Source of the DNA: an uncultured delta proteobacterium
Lineage (GTDB): Bacteria; Desulfobacterota; Desulfobacteria; Desulfobacterales; JAFDCJ01
Length of the DNA: 64,000 nt
Assembly (NCBI GenBank): GCA_963769935.1
Contig: CAVYNY010000022.1
Coordinates: 672,001 to 736,000, forward strand
Direction of reading: 5' to 3'
The stretch's first letter is position 1, and the number at the start of each line of letters is the position of its first letter. Under the pieces are notes generated by a model, which saw nothing but the letters and a program-made list of their open reading frames with translations, did no database searches and was not told the DNA's origin. Of the stretch, positions 63,526 through 64,000 are shown piece by piece. A program made the translations under genes and the position numbers.

Positions 63526-63897
63526 ATGCCGACAATCAACCAGTTAATTAGGAAGGGCCGCAAGCGGATCAAGAAAAAAACCAATACACCGGCCCTCAAG
63601 AGGGCGCCCCAGAAAAGAGGGGTGTGCACCCGTGTTTATACATCCACGCCCAAAAAGCCGAATTCCGCCCTGCGCAAAGTTGCGCGCGTTCGACTAACCA
63701 CCGGTGTTGAAGTTACCGCATATATTCCCGGCATCGGGCATAATTTGCAGGAGCACTCGGTGGTTCTGGTTCGCGGCGGCCGGGTCAAAGACCTGCCGGG
63801 CGTGAGGTATCATATCGTCCGGGGAACCCTGGATACGCTGGGGGTTGAAGATCGAAGACAGAGCCGTTCAAAATACGGGGCCAAAAAACCGAAGTAA
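63526..63897 (+). CDS. rpsL: 30S ribosomal protein S12
   Basis: [30 protein letters not shown]. Confidence 0.99.
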   Translation: MPTINQLIRKGRKRIKKKTNTPALKRAPQKRGVCTRVYTSTPKKPNSALRKVARVRLTTGVEVTAYIPGIGHNLQEHSVVLVRGGRVKDLPGVRYHIVRGTLDTLGVEDRRQSRSKYGAKKPK

Positions 63898-63910
63898 AAA
63901 TGGGATGAAA

Positions 63911-64000
63911 GTTATCCTTTATTCGTTACGGGAGAGCACAATTCCCAATCCAGCAGGTACAGGCAGTGATCGACGGATAACTGATAACCATCAACCGATA
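63911..64000. repeat. Heptamer-arm element after rpsL (truncated by window end)
   Basis: gttatcc tttattc gttacgg...cggataa ctgataa ccatcaa ccgata. Confidence 0.7.

Overview
Core chromosomal region of a probable Desulfobacterales (Desulfobacterota) bacterium; the taxonomy is inferred from gene content such as the PxxKW protein, a DVU0524-like protein, cobA-hemD and selA. It carries tetrapyrrole genes (cobA-hemD, hemC), a CheD-HDOD/selA/TPR/gmhA run, rfbB, pyrF, a phoH-7TM/HD-ybeY-pdxJ-nnr-tsaE-lysC run, cvpA-mazG, small putative sigma28-regulon genes, fba, an HD-GYP protein, lpoA, pfk, kdsD, a ClC channel, truA, argJ, pyrE and mltD. It ends with five tRNAs and tuf-rpmG-secE-nusG-rplKAJL-rpoBC-rpsL. 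Single-base indels in selA, rfbB, tuf, secE and rplA look like sequencing errors. Main observations: (1) RpoC carries a ~100-aa in-frame parvulin/PpiC-type rotamase-like domain inserted in its conserved core. (2) About 13 intergenic spacers hold hairpin elements with inverted arms of 7-bp tandem units, often starting at the upstream stop codon. (3) PdxJ has several substituted active-site residues. (4) There are two further short repeat families and a candidate structured ncRNA. All protein family calls are by motif recognition, not database search.
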